A program made the position numbers and the translations under genes. 31,568 bases of DNA from Candidatus Thorarchaeota archaeon (lineage in GTDB: Archaea; Asgardarchaeota; Thorarchaeia; Thorarchaeales; Thorarchaeaceae), in the NCBI GenBank assembly GCA_038893995.1, contig JAWAQK010000027.1, forward strand, positions 1 through 31,568, given 5' to 3'. A model generated the notes under the pieces. It did not search any database. It had not been told where the DNA came from and saw nothing but the letters and a program-made list of their open reading frames with translations. Positions 1-8,048 of this stretch are shown in pieces. Numbering within the stretch: the stretch's first letter is position 1; each line of letters begins with the position of its first letter.

Positions 1-40
1 TAATGCCAAACCGACTGGGCTTGGTCTTGAACCGGAGGCG

Positions 41-1405
41 TTGACCATGGACTTCTACAAGGCTGCTGGCGTTTCTCCCATCGGTGACAACACACGCACT
101 CATTTCACTGCAGAGTTGTCCCCCGAGCTTGTTGGAAAATCCGTCACCCTGTTGGGGTGGGTACACACGATCCGGGACAAGGGAAAGATCAAGTTCATAG
201 TACTGCGCGACGAGCGCGGTACCGCCCAGGTCGTGGTGTTGGAAGGACGTTCGCCCAAGGATGTATTCGACACATCCGCCTTGCTGAAGCCCGAGTACGT
301 GATTGCAGTCAGGGGACAAGTTGTTGCTACAGACCAGACAAGGTCTGGAGTGGAGATCACACCCGAACGTATCTCAGTCATCAACACATCCGATCGCCTT
401 CCAATAGATGTCGTGGAGGGAAAAGTAGACATAGACCTCGACACTCGGCTTGACAACCGCATTCTCGACCTGCGGAAGCCAAGAGTCAACGCCATCTTCC
501 GCATTCAACATTCACTGGTCCGTTACGCCAGGGAATTCCTGGAAACGGAGGGCTTTGTCGAGATCCATACTCCAAAGATAGTGGCGGAGGCGACAGAGGG
601 TGGTGCAAACCTCTTCAAGATCGACTACTTCGAGCGGAAAGCGTTTCTCGCGCAGAGCCCTCAGTTCTACAAGCAGCTCATGCTTCTGGCCGGCTTCGGT
701 AGGGTGTTCGAGATAGGCCCCGTCTTTCGTGCAGAGAAGCACAATACGAGGCGCCACGTGAACGAATACACTTCCTTCGACCTCGAGATGGCGTGGATCA
801 ATGGCGCGGAAGACGTGATGAGGATGGAGGAGCGCATGCTCAACTATGCCTTCAAGAAGACTGCCAAGACTGCCTCTGCAGAGCTCGAGATGCTTGGTGT
901 GGACCTTGTTGTACCGAAAGTTCCCTTCAAGAGAATAAAGTATGTTGATGCCATCGCCCTCATCAATGAGACTGGGAAAAACATGGGTCCGACCGACGAT
1001 CTCGACCCTGAGTGCGAACGAATCCTCGGAGAGATCTTTCCACAGAAGTTCAAGACAGACATGGTGTTCATCACGCACTATCCGCTAGAGCTCAGACCTG
1101 CTTACACGATGCCCAGTCTGACTGATGAGGGAATGACAGAGAGTTTCGACCTGACATACAAGGGAATGGAGATCACTACCGGAGGGCAACGTATCCACCT
1201 CTATGACCTACTGGTGGAGAGGTTCAGGGCCAAGGGCTTCAACCCGTCTGACTTTGCCTTCTACATCGAGCCCTTCAGGTATGGAGCTCCGCCACACGGA
1301 GGTCTAGGACTGGGTATCGAGCGACTGACAATGCAGGTGCTGGGACTCGACAATATCCGCGAGGCCACGCTATTGCCGCGTGACCGAGACCGTCTGAAAC
1401 CATGA
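41..1405 (+). CDS. aspS: Aspartyl-tRNA synthetase, archaeal type
   Basis: OB-fold N-terminus (GWVHTIRDKGKIKFIVLRD), ATEGGANLF, LAQSPQFYKQ, motif 2 FRAEKHNTRRHVNEY, motif 3 PPHGGLGLGIERL and C-terminal LPRDRDRLKP. GGAGG precedes the start (TTG 41 or ATG 47). Confidence 0.97.
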   Translation: MTMDFYKAAGVSPIGDNTRTHFTAELSPELVGKSVTLLGWVHTIRDKGKIKFIVLRDERGTAQVVVLEGRSPKDVFDTSALLKPEYVIAVRGQVVATDQTRSGVEITPERISVINTSDRLPIDVVEGKVDIDLDTRLDNRILDLRKPRVNAIFRIQHSLVRYAREFLETEGFVEIHTPKIVAEATEGGANLFKIDYFERKAFLAQSPQFYKQLMLLAGFGRVFEIGPVFRAEKHNTRRHVNEYTSFDLEMAWINGAEDVMRMEERMLNYAFKKTAKTASAELEMLGVDLVVPKVPFKRIKYVDAIALINETGKNMGPTDDLDPECERILGEIFPQKFKTDMVFITHYPLELRPAYTMPSLTDEGMTESFDLTYKGMEITTGGQRIHLYDLLVERFRAKGFNPSDFAFYIEPFRYGAPPHGGLGLGIERLTMQVLGLDNIREATLLPRDRDRLKP

Positions 1406-1427
1406 CCGTCCGAGGATAATACTATCC

Positions 1428-1434
1428 CTTATAG
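1428..1434 (+). promoter_or_regulatory. Candidate TATA box for the Vps28N-Vps22/36 gene
   Basis: CTTATAG in the aspS-ESCRT intergenic gap, about 25-55 nt before the candidate starts. Confidence 0.4.
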
Positions 1435-1486
1435 TATCAGTGCACTGTCTGGGTGTACAGTGGATCGCTTCGAGGTAGGTCCTCTC

Positions 1487-2245
1487 ATGGCTGAACACCT
1501 TCACTCCGAGCTGTATGCATCAATTGCCACGCTCGACCAGCTCAAGAGAATGTACAACATGGGTGTGGTTGACGTAGTATCATTTCGAAGGGTTTCAGAG
1601 GCACTCATCAACGATGCGAGAGAAAAGCTGGAAGAGCTTCGACGGATCGGCCATGATGTCCTTCAGTTTATTCGGAGAGAGCGCATTACGGAGGAGTTCC
1701 CCGAGGCCGCTGGAATGTTGAGTCTCTCTCCTGGCTACTCATCGGACTCAAGCGGCACCGTATATCCCGAGGACTATCACAATGACATAGACCTTGCCGT
1801 ACTCGATGTGGCCAATGCACACTCGTCGAAGGTGTTCATGGGTCTCGCCGAATTGATAGTCCAGGTCGTACGGAAGCTACCTCAGTACCGTAACATCACC
1901 TATAACGATGTGATCGAGGCAGTCAACAGGGTTGCTGAGAGTGGTCTGATACCAGGTATCCGCACACTGCCGGGAGGGGTGAAGGTGGTTGGTCTCCGTC
2001 CGGTAGAACTCAGTGCAGATCAGGCGGACGTGATGGGTCTCGCAGCATCGCGAGGCTACGTCACTATCGAAGATGTGATGTTGCATCTGAGATGGTCCCA
2101 AGATCACGCACGCCAGGTACTCATGAGTCTCGTGGATGCTGGCATTGCTGTGTCTGAGATGCGCTACAGCACAGGCGGTCGCTACTACTTCCCTGGTCTG
2201 AACTCCCGTGACAACAAGACTATGTCGACCCAGAATAGTCAGTGA
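1487..2245 (+). CDS. ESCRT-II Vps22/36 (EAP30)-like protein with an N-terminal Vps28-like domain
   Basis: The C-terminal part (ITYNDVIEAVNRV...PVELSADQADVMGLAASRGYVTIEDVMLHLRWSQDHARQVLMSLVDAG...YYFPGL) follows the Vps22/SNF8 tandem winged-helix pattern. The N-terminus (ELYASIATLDQLKRMYNMGVVD...DVLQFIRRERI..EFPEA) resembles the Vps28 N-terminal domain. ATG 1487 follows GAGGTAGG; GTG 1460 is an alternative start. Confidence 0.85.
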   Translation: MAEHLHSELYASIATLDQLKRMYNMGVVDVVSFRRVSEALINDAREKLEELRRIGHDVLQFIRRERITEEFPEAAGMLSLSPGYSSDSSGTVYPEDYHNDIDLAVLDVANAHSSKVFMGLAELIVQVVRKLPQYRNITYNDVIEAVNRVAESGLIPGIRTLPGGVKVVGLRPVELSADQADVMGLAASRGYVTIEDVMLHLRWSQDHARQVLMSLVDAGIAVSEMRYSTGGRYYFPGLNSRDNKTMSTQNSQ

Positions 2246-2948
2246 CCCTCAACTTGACTGCTCCCAACCTCTGGTCGACCCATGTCGCCTGTTTTCTGTC
2301 CACCAGACGTTCCATGATGAGGTGTAGTTCGTCCTCCGGCAACGATGAAAACACCTGATCCCTCTCCTGAATCACAATACTCTTCACATCCAACAGCATG
2401 TTGCCAGTGTCGAGCGCCCACTTGTATATCTCGTCGACCCAATCTTCGAGTGATTTCCAGTAGACTCGGAGTCTAGTGTGGTCGCGGTCGAGCCATTTGG
2501 CAGCACCCGTTCTGACCATGTGGTCCCCTATGAGCGAATACGCCTCGATTCTCCTGCTGAATTCCCTAAATGGAATCTCAGACATGAATGTCGACCTTGA
2601 AAGAATGTGTATTCCTCTCGATCTCATCCAGTCATTCACAAAGTCCGCCCACTCCGATGCCCAACTGGCTATGCTCTTCTCATCGCTGGGGATTGAATAC
2701 ATGTGTCCAGCATCGTCTGCCGTGCCCCATCTCGGCAGGAGCAACGCTTGAGCACTCTCAATGGTCCTGTTCTCCGTGATCCCAGGTACCATCTGACCAG
2801 TCTCAGTTCGGTCTACGAGCGGTGACGACCCAGTATCACTCCTCGTTTCCGATTCTGCAGTTGTTTCTGTCATGTTCCCCTGGTGATCGCTCTCGTGAGT
2901 GTTCCTTTCTGGGCCCCTCCTTCTTTGTCTCTCACGTTCCGTGGTCAC
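2220..2948 (-). CDS. vps25: ESCRT-II Vps25-like protein
   Basis: WASEWADFVNDW...AKWLDRDHTRLRVYWKSLEDWVDEIYKWA...FSSLPEDELHLIMERL matches the Vps25 winged-helix pattern. The GTG start at 2948 overlaps the vps4 stop (GTGA). The N-terminus is low-complexity. Confidence 0.88.
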   Translation of the reverse strand: MTTERERQRRRGPERNTHESDHQGNMTETTAESETRSDTGSSPLVDRTETGQMVPGITENRTIESAQALLLPRWGTADDAGHMYSIPSDEKSIASWASEWADFVNDWMRSRGIHILSRSTFMSEIPFREFSRRIEAYSLIGDHMVRTGAAKWLDRDHTRLRVYWKSLEDWVDEIYKWALDTGNMLLDVKSIVIQERDQVFSSLPEDELHLIMERLVDRKQATWVDQRLGAVKLRVTDYSGST

Positions 2949-4171
2949 TGCTGTCCGCTCTCCGCCCAATCCATATACTTCCTGAGAATATCGGGAGAAG
3001 TGGCTGGCCGCACCTTCTGGATGGCCAACAGAAAGTCTTCCCTGTCGACCGGTCTCACATCCACGACCTCTCTATCAGCTGTACCACTCCTCTGGAGATC
3101 ACGTATGGGCTCCATTGCTGCATCTCTACAGACTACGCTTATGTCCCTTCCACTGTACCCCTCTGTGAGGTCGGCCAGCTCATCAAAGTCTACATTTGGA
3201 GCGACCTCTATGTCCTCCATATGATACTGAAATATTGCCCTCCTAGAATCCCTTGATGGGAGAGGTATCAGGATCTTCTTCTCGAATCTAGACACCAGAG
3301 CAATGTCCAGATGCCACGGGAGGTTCGTTGCTCCGATGACAGTCACCCTCTCGTTATTCCTGCTTGTCACTCCTTGAATCTCGGTCAGCATCTGGGTCTT
3401 CAACCTCCTCTCAGCGCCTATGTCATATCCTGATCTCGACGCTCCAATGGAGTCCAGCTCATCTATGAAAACTATTGATGGCTGATTTGCTCTTGCCATC
3501 TCAAACAGGGTCTTCACGAGCCTCTCCGACTCGCCGAACCATTTGCTGACCAGAGTTGCAGATGAGACATTGAAGAATGTCGCATTGGTTTCGGCAGCGA
3601 CAGCCTTTGCTATGAGGGTCTTTCCGCATCCTGCAGGGCCGTAGAACAGTATACCCCTCCAGGGTTGCCTCGTTCTACCTCGGAACAACTCCGGATGTTT
3701 CATGGGCATGATCAATGCATCGTAGATTGCCTGCTTTGCCTCCTCCAATCCGATTACGTCCGACATCCTGACATCTGGCTTCTCCCTGACTACGGTCCCT
3801 TCAAGCATGCTCTGGAACTGATCATCATCGTCACCATCATCACTTCGTTTCTTCTCTTCGTCCTCGTCAGTCCTCGGAAGTGGCCTCGGCATGCGCGTTT
3901 CTGATGTGGTCTTTGCATGAGATGAGGACGTGGCCTTGGATCGAGTGGTCCGCTTGATGCCCGAGAGAACGTAGACCCTGTCTACACACTCTTGAGCCCT
4001 GTCGAAGTAGAACTTCCTCGTCGACGGCAAAGAGGCAGACTTCGAACACTTCAGCAGTATCTTGCTGGCTCGCAGATAGTAATGGCATGCCTCCTTGCTC
4101 ATGCCGCGTTTGTCAAGATCGATCGCTCTGTCCAGTAAGGCCCTCAGTCCCTTGTCCACACGGTCTGACAT
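2945..4171 (-). CDS. vps4: Vps4 AAA+ ATPase (MIT + AAA)
   Basis: MIT helices (LDRAIDLDKRG..KEACHYY), acidic linker, EKPDVRMSDVIGLEEAKQ, PWRGILFYGPAGCGKT, LVSKWFGESERLVK, Walker B IVFIDELD, GATNLPW and TEGYSGRDI. Confidence 0.96.
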   Translation of the reverse strand: MSDRVDKGLRALLDRAIDLDKRGMSKEACHYYLRASKILLKCSKSASLPSTRKFYFDRAQECVDRVYVLSGIKRTTRSKATSSSHAKTTSETRMPRPLPRTDEDEEKKRSDDGDDDDQFQSMLEGTVVREKPDVRMSDVIGLEEAKQAIYDALIMPMKHPELFRGRTRQPWRGILFYGPAGCGKTLIAKAVAAETNATFFNVSSATLVSKWFGESERLVKTLFEMARANQPSIVFIDELDSIGASRSGYDIGAERRLKTQMLTEIQGVTSRNNERVTVIGATNLPWHLDIALVSRFEKKILIPLPSRDSRRAIFQYHMEDIEVAPNVDFDELADLTEGYSGRDISVVCRDAAMEPIRDLQRSGTADREVVDVRPVDREDFLLAIQKVRPATSPDILRKYMDWAESGQQ

Positions 4172-4259
4172 TGGTCTCCTCTGTCGACAAGGGTCGTAGT
4201 CTTATGAACTTCCTTATTCTGTATGTATGGCCTCCCACGACATCCGTCCGCCGCGAAGG

Positions 4260-4265
4260 TTTAAA
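4260..4265 (+). promoter_or_regulatory. Candidate TATA box in the divergent vps4/ESCRT-III intergenic region
   Basis: TTTAAA about 48 nt upstream of the ESCRT-III start. Confidence 0.45.
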
Positions 4266-4312
4266 CGGCAGTGTCAAGTAGGGTTAGTGTCTGACCGGGG
4301 CGATGGTACGCA

Positions 4313-4927
4313 TTGAGGACACTCAGAAAGGCTCTCACATGGGCTCGCGGTAAGCCCAACGTCAACGAGATAATAGTCAGCCTTCGGAACATCTCGAGAC
4401 AACTAGAGCGGGAGCGTAGGCACCTGGAGAGGGAGGAAGCCTCTATCATGGAGATGGCAGTCCAAGCACGTCAGGCAGGTCATGCGGAGGCATACTACAC
4501 CTACGCATCTGAGATCGCTCGATTCAGGAAACATATCCTTGCAATCGACAAGACTCGGTTCCAGATACTGCGCCTGGCAGCTCATCTTAAGAGGGCACAG
4601 GCCAGTGCACAGGCCGGTGTCGCACTTGAACAGGTGTCTCGTGTCCTTGGAGTCTTGAGGAGCGCGATCGACAGCAGACGGCTGGTTGAGAACGTCGATG
4701 AGATCTCGCGCCAACTGGATGCGCTGCATGTTGAGAGTACAATATCCGAAGAAGCCATGGGCATGGTTGGCGGTGTTGATGTGTCGCAGGAAGATGTGGC
4801 CTCCGTGATGGCTGAAATAGAGCGAAGCACAGGGTCCTCTCCGATCAGGGCTGAGATGGGCTCTACTGACAAGATCAAGAATCTGGAAGAGGCAATTGAG
4901 TCGTTGGAACGTGATCTTGGAGTCTGA
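4313..4927 (+). CDS. ESCRT-III subunit, Snf7 fold, Vps2/24/46-like class
   Basis: 204 aa and all-helical, with a basic N-half and acidic C-half. It contains RQLERERRHLEREE..AVQARQAG...YASEIARFRKH and a C-terminal MIM1-like helix (IKNLEEAIESLERDL). It is divergent from vps4. Confidence 0.9.
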   Translation: MRTLRKALTWARGKPNVNEIIVSLRNISRQLERERRHLEREEASIMEMAVQARQAGHAEAYYTYASEIARFRKHILAIDKTRFQILRLAAHLKRAQASAQAGVALEQVSRVLGVLRSAIDSRRLVENVDEISRQLDALHVESTISEEAMGMVGGVDVSQEDVASVMAEIERSTGSSPIRAEMGSTDKIKNLEEAIESLERDLGV

Positions 4928-4939
4928 CTGACTCCCAGG

Positions 4940-6517
4940 TCAGAATGTATACTGACGCAAGTACTCGTCCATCCTTCTCCTCATCGTATATCGCTCACGC
5001 ATGAGTGACCTGTATCTGGAGACAAAATCGTCCGTCATGAGCCTACCCAGCCTGAGATCTTCGATTGACCTACTGATGGCCCGATCCAGCTGGTCTGCCT
5101 CCTCTCTGAACCTCCTAAGTAAATCATCCTCTGCTCGACGGTAACCGTACGTGTCGTAGGTCCTTGGTTCCATCCGGTCCAGGCTCGGAAGTCCACTGCT
5201 GATGGGCATCCGTCTTCTGGCCTCGTAGTCCCAGGGTGGAAACCAGCGACCGTTGGTACGATCACCCGTCAATTCCCGTTCGTTGAGTCGCGATCTGTCG
5301 TGTGGCGCGAGCGATGTCCTCCTTGAGGAGAGTAGCGTATATACAAGGTCGTCAATCTTGAGCTTCACGTCGCTGGCAGCCACATCCACCTGCTCGAGCC
5401 TGCGCACTCTCTGAAGATCAGTCTGCACATAGCGATCGAACCTCTTGGCAATCTCGATATAGTCTGTCAATACCTTCTGAGTATGCTCTGAGCATGCAAT
5501 CTTCACATCTCCCTGCTTCATCTTGAGCACGAGATGCCGTCTTATTCTACCGTCCTCCTCGATGGAATTCAGGTACATCAGAGGGAAGTCGAACACAACA
5601 CCAGTCGTCTTCCTGAGTCTTCCCGTTTCCGCGATGAAGACCATCCTCTTATTTGTCACATAGAGCTCTCCCGTGCCATGGTCGGCCCTGAGGAAATCAC
5701 TTCCGATCAATCGGACCTCCGGGATGGCACAGATGGGCAGCTCATTCACTGCAAGCTCAGAATGCTGATAGAATCCAGCAAATTCCCTCCTGTGATAGTC
5801 AAGTCCCTCGAGGTGCTTGATGAGTTCTTCGAGTTCCCTGAGTGATGGCTCGACGGTCTCGTCGACGGTCTGCCTGTATTGGTTCCCAATCTCTGTGATC
5901 CTTCTGGTCAGTCCTTCGATAAATGGAAACTGCTCGATATCCCATGTCTCTTGATTCATGAATCCGTTAGTTTCAGCGGCGATTCTTCTAGCAACAATGT
6001 CGGCCTGGCTCACAATCCTATTCTTGATCAGGGGCACGCCATCGAGCAGTCCCTCGAGCTTGTCCTCGAGCCAGTTGAACGCAAGGAAGTTTGCCATCCT
6101 GATCGAATATAGTAGCCTCTTTGCGAGCATCAATCTGTTGGCAAACTCCCTGAACTTGACATGACCGTGTTGAATCAACATGATTGCGTGTCTCAGGTCG
6201 CCTGCGAGCTTTCGTCTCCTCTCCTCTATCGATATCACCCGTGTGGAGAGGCATCGTGGACATACCTGTTCCGTTCTCCTCCCAGACCGGATGTTCTTCG
6301 ACCCGCAGCTCGGGCACTTTGGGTCGGAGCTCTTGGCATCTGGACCAAGATGACCATGACAGTCACCACAGACGAGATACTGTGTGGTCTTGGTCCTGAG
6401 ACAGTCAGGACAGAGTACTGCACCACAGTCCTGACACATGTTGATGGCCCCAGCATTCTGACAAGAGACACACACATTCGTCTTGTGGTCAGCTTTCATT
6501 TCACGTGCTTCTTGCAT
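4940..6517 (-). CDS. Multidomain protein: Zn fingers, coiled coil, PH/GRAM-like domain and C-terminal Vps23/Vps37 steadiness-box-like hairpin (putative ESCRT-I subunit)
   Basis: Six CxxC pairs (aa 16-88), a long helical region, GELYVTNKRMVFIAE..VVFDFPLMYLNSIE (GRAM/PH-like) and C-terminal EADQLDRAISRSIEDLRLGRLMTDDFVSRYRSLMRERY. It is adjacent to the ESCRT-III gene. Confidence 0.7.
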   Translation of the reverse strand: MQEAREMKADHKTNVCVSCQNAGAINMCQDCGAVLCPDCLRTKTTQYLVCGDCHGHLGPDAKSSDPKCPSCGSKNIRSGRRTEQVCPRCLSTRVISIEERRRKLAGDLRHAIMLIQHGHVKFREFANRLMLAKRLLYSIRMANFLAFNWLEDKLEGLLDGVPLIKNRIVSQADIVARRIAAETNGFMNQETWDIEQFPFIEGLTRRITEIGNQYRQTVDETVEPSLRELEELIKHLEGLDYHRREFAGFYQHSELAVNELPICAIPEVRLIGSDFLRADHGTGELYVTNKRMVFIAETGRLRKTTGVVFDFPLMYLNSIEEDGRIRRHLVLKMKQGDVKIACSEHTQKVLTDYIEIAKRFDRYVQTDLQRVRRLEQVDVAASDVKLKIDDLVYTLLSSRRTSLAPHDRSRLNERELTGDRTNGRWFPPWDYEARRRMPISSGLPSLDRMEPRTYDTYGYRRAEDDLLRRFREEADQLDRAISRSIEDLRLGRLMTDDFVSRYRSLMRERYTMRRRMDEYLRQYTF

Positions 6518-6660
6518 GGTCCGGGAGAATTGTCGAAGGCCCTAAGAATAACTCATGTGTTTCTACGATATTATTGACTCCGACCAGACATCATGGAGTC
6601 GTTCTTCAAACATGAACAATTCATTTAATAGCGGGCTCACGCTTACCCCCCTGACCCGAG

Positions 6661-8046
6661 ATGGACGATGAGGCACTCATCGCGATCGAGTCTGCACTGG
6701 ATGCCGGTGCATCGTTTGCAGACGTCCGAATCGAGAACTCGAATGGGTTGTCTATTGAAGTCACTGATGGTGTCACTCGTAGTGCAACACTGTCGTACAT
6801 GAAGGGTGCTGGAGTACGTGCGCTGGCAGGAGGGATCTGGGTCTTCATCCAGACCACAGATCTTACACCTGAGAAGATGCGTGAGACAGGTCGTTCCGCA
6901 GGTGAGCTGGCAAGGTCAATGTCCTCCCGTGTGAGTGAAAGATTCACGATTGAGGCGCCCACATTCAGAGACTCTGTTCGAGTACCTGTCAAGACTCCTC
7001 TCAGGGACGTGTCGATTGAGGAGAAGATGCTCCTTGTAAAAGATCTCGATGAACAGGGCCGCCGCGTTGACGAGAGGATCAAGAACACAGTCACCACCTA
7101 CCGAGAGGTGTGGGAGGAGTTGAGGGTCGTCAACTCTCTTGGTTCCGACGTGAGTTTCCAGAATTCACTCCCTCTCATCAGCTCGACATGTACGTCGATA
7201 GATGGCGACAAGAAACGACAGTCGTTCCTCTCGGTTGGGGGCAGAGGGGGGTTTGAGCTGATGCGGACCGACGACGCGTTGTCAGTCGGAGAGAGGGCTG
7301 CAAAGATTGCAATCGACCTTCTGTCGTCGACGGTGGTCAGAGGCGGCACCTACGATGTTGTAATGGATCCTGAACTCAATGGAACCATGGTACACGAGGC
7401 GTTTGGTCATGCCTGTGAGGCCGATTTCTGGCTGTCACATTCCACTGTCCTTGAGGGTCGTCTCGGAGAGAGCGTCGGGCCGGACTTTCTCAACATAAGT
7501 GACGACCCCACTCTGCCCAACATGAGGGGTACCTGTGAGTACGATTGGGAGGGAACTAGGACCCGAAAACACAGACTGGTCGAGAAAGGCATGCTCACAG
7601 ACCTACTCCATAGTCTTGAAACCGCCTCTAGGCTGGGCTGTACACCGAACGGAGCCGCCAGAGCCGCGTCCTCCATGGGTCTGCCCATTCCACGCATGAG
7701 CAACACGTTCATGGAACCAGGCGACTGGGATGTGAACGAGCTGATCGAGGACACACGCCAAGGCCTGCTGCTGTGCGGTTCCAACTATGGCTACACTGAG
7801 CCATCGAAGGGCCAGTTCATGTTTCAGGCGAGTCATGGCTATCTGATCGAGCATGGAGAGTTGGGACAGATGGTCAGTGACGTGTCGCTTGCGGGAAGTA
7901 TTCTTGATGTTCTCAACAGAATCGATGCAGTGGCAGACGACTTCAAGATGCAGCCCGGCCTCTGCGGCAAGAACGGTCAGATGGTCCCTGAAATGAGTGG
8001 GGGACCTCACGCACGCATAAGGGGAATTCCGGTTGGGGGCGTCTAG
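6661..8046 (+). CDS. tldD: TldD metalloprotease subunit
   Basis: HEAFGHACEAD (HExxxH), ISDDPT, YDWEG, GAARA, PIPRMSNT and CGKNGQ..SGGPH. Confidence 0.95.
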   Translation: MDDEALIAIESALDAGASFADVRIENSNGLSIEVTDGVTRSATLSYMKGAGVRALAGGIWVFIQTTDLTPEKMRETGRSAGELARSMSSRVSERFTIEAPTFRDSVRVPVKTPLRDVSIEEKMLLVKDLDEQGRRVDERIKNTVTTYREVWEELRVVNSLGSDVSFQNSLPLISSTCTSIDGDKKRQSFLSVGGRGGFELMRTDDALSVGERAAKIAIDLLSSTVVRGGTYDVVMDPELNGTMVHEAFGHACEADFWLSHSTVLEGRLGESVGPDFLNISDDPTLPNMRGTCEYDWEGTRTRKHRLVEKGMLTDLLHSLETASRLGCTPNGAARAASSMGLPIPRMSNTFMEPGDWDVNELIEDTRQGLLLCGSNYGYTEPSKGQFMFQASHGYLIEHGELGQMVSDVSLAGSILDVLNRIDAVADDFKMQPGLCGKNGQMVPEMSGGPHARIRGIPVGGV

Positions 8047-8048
8047 GC

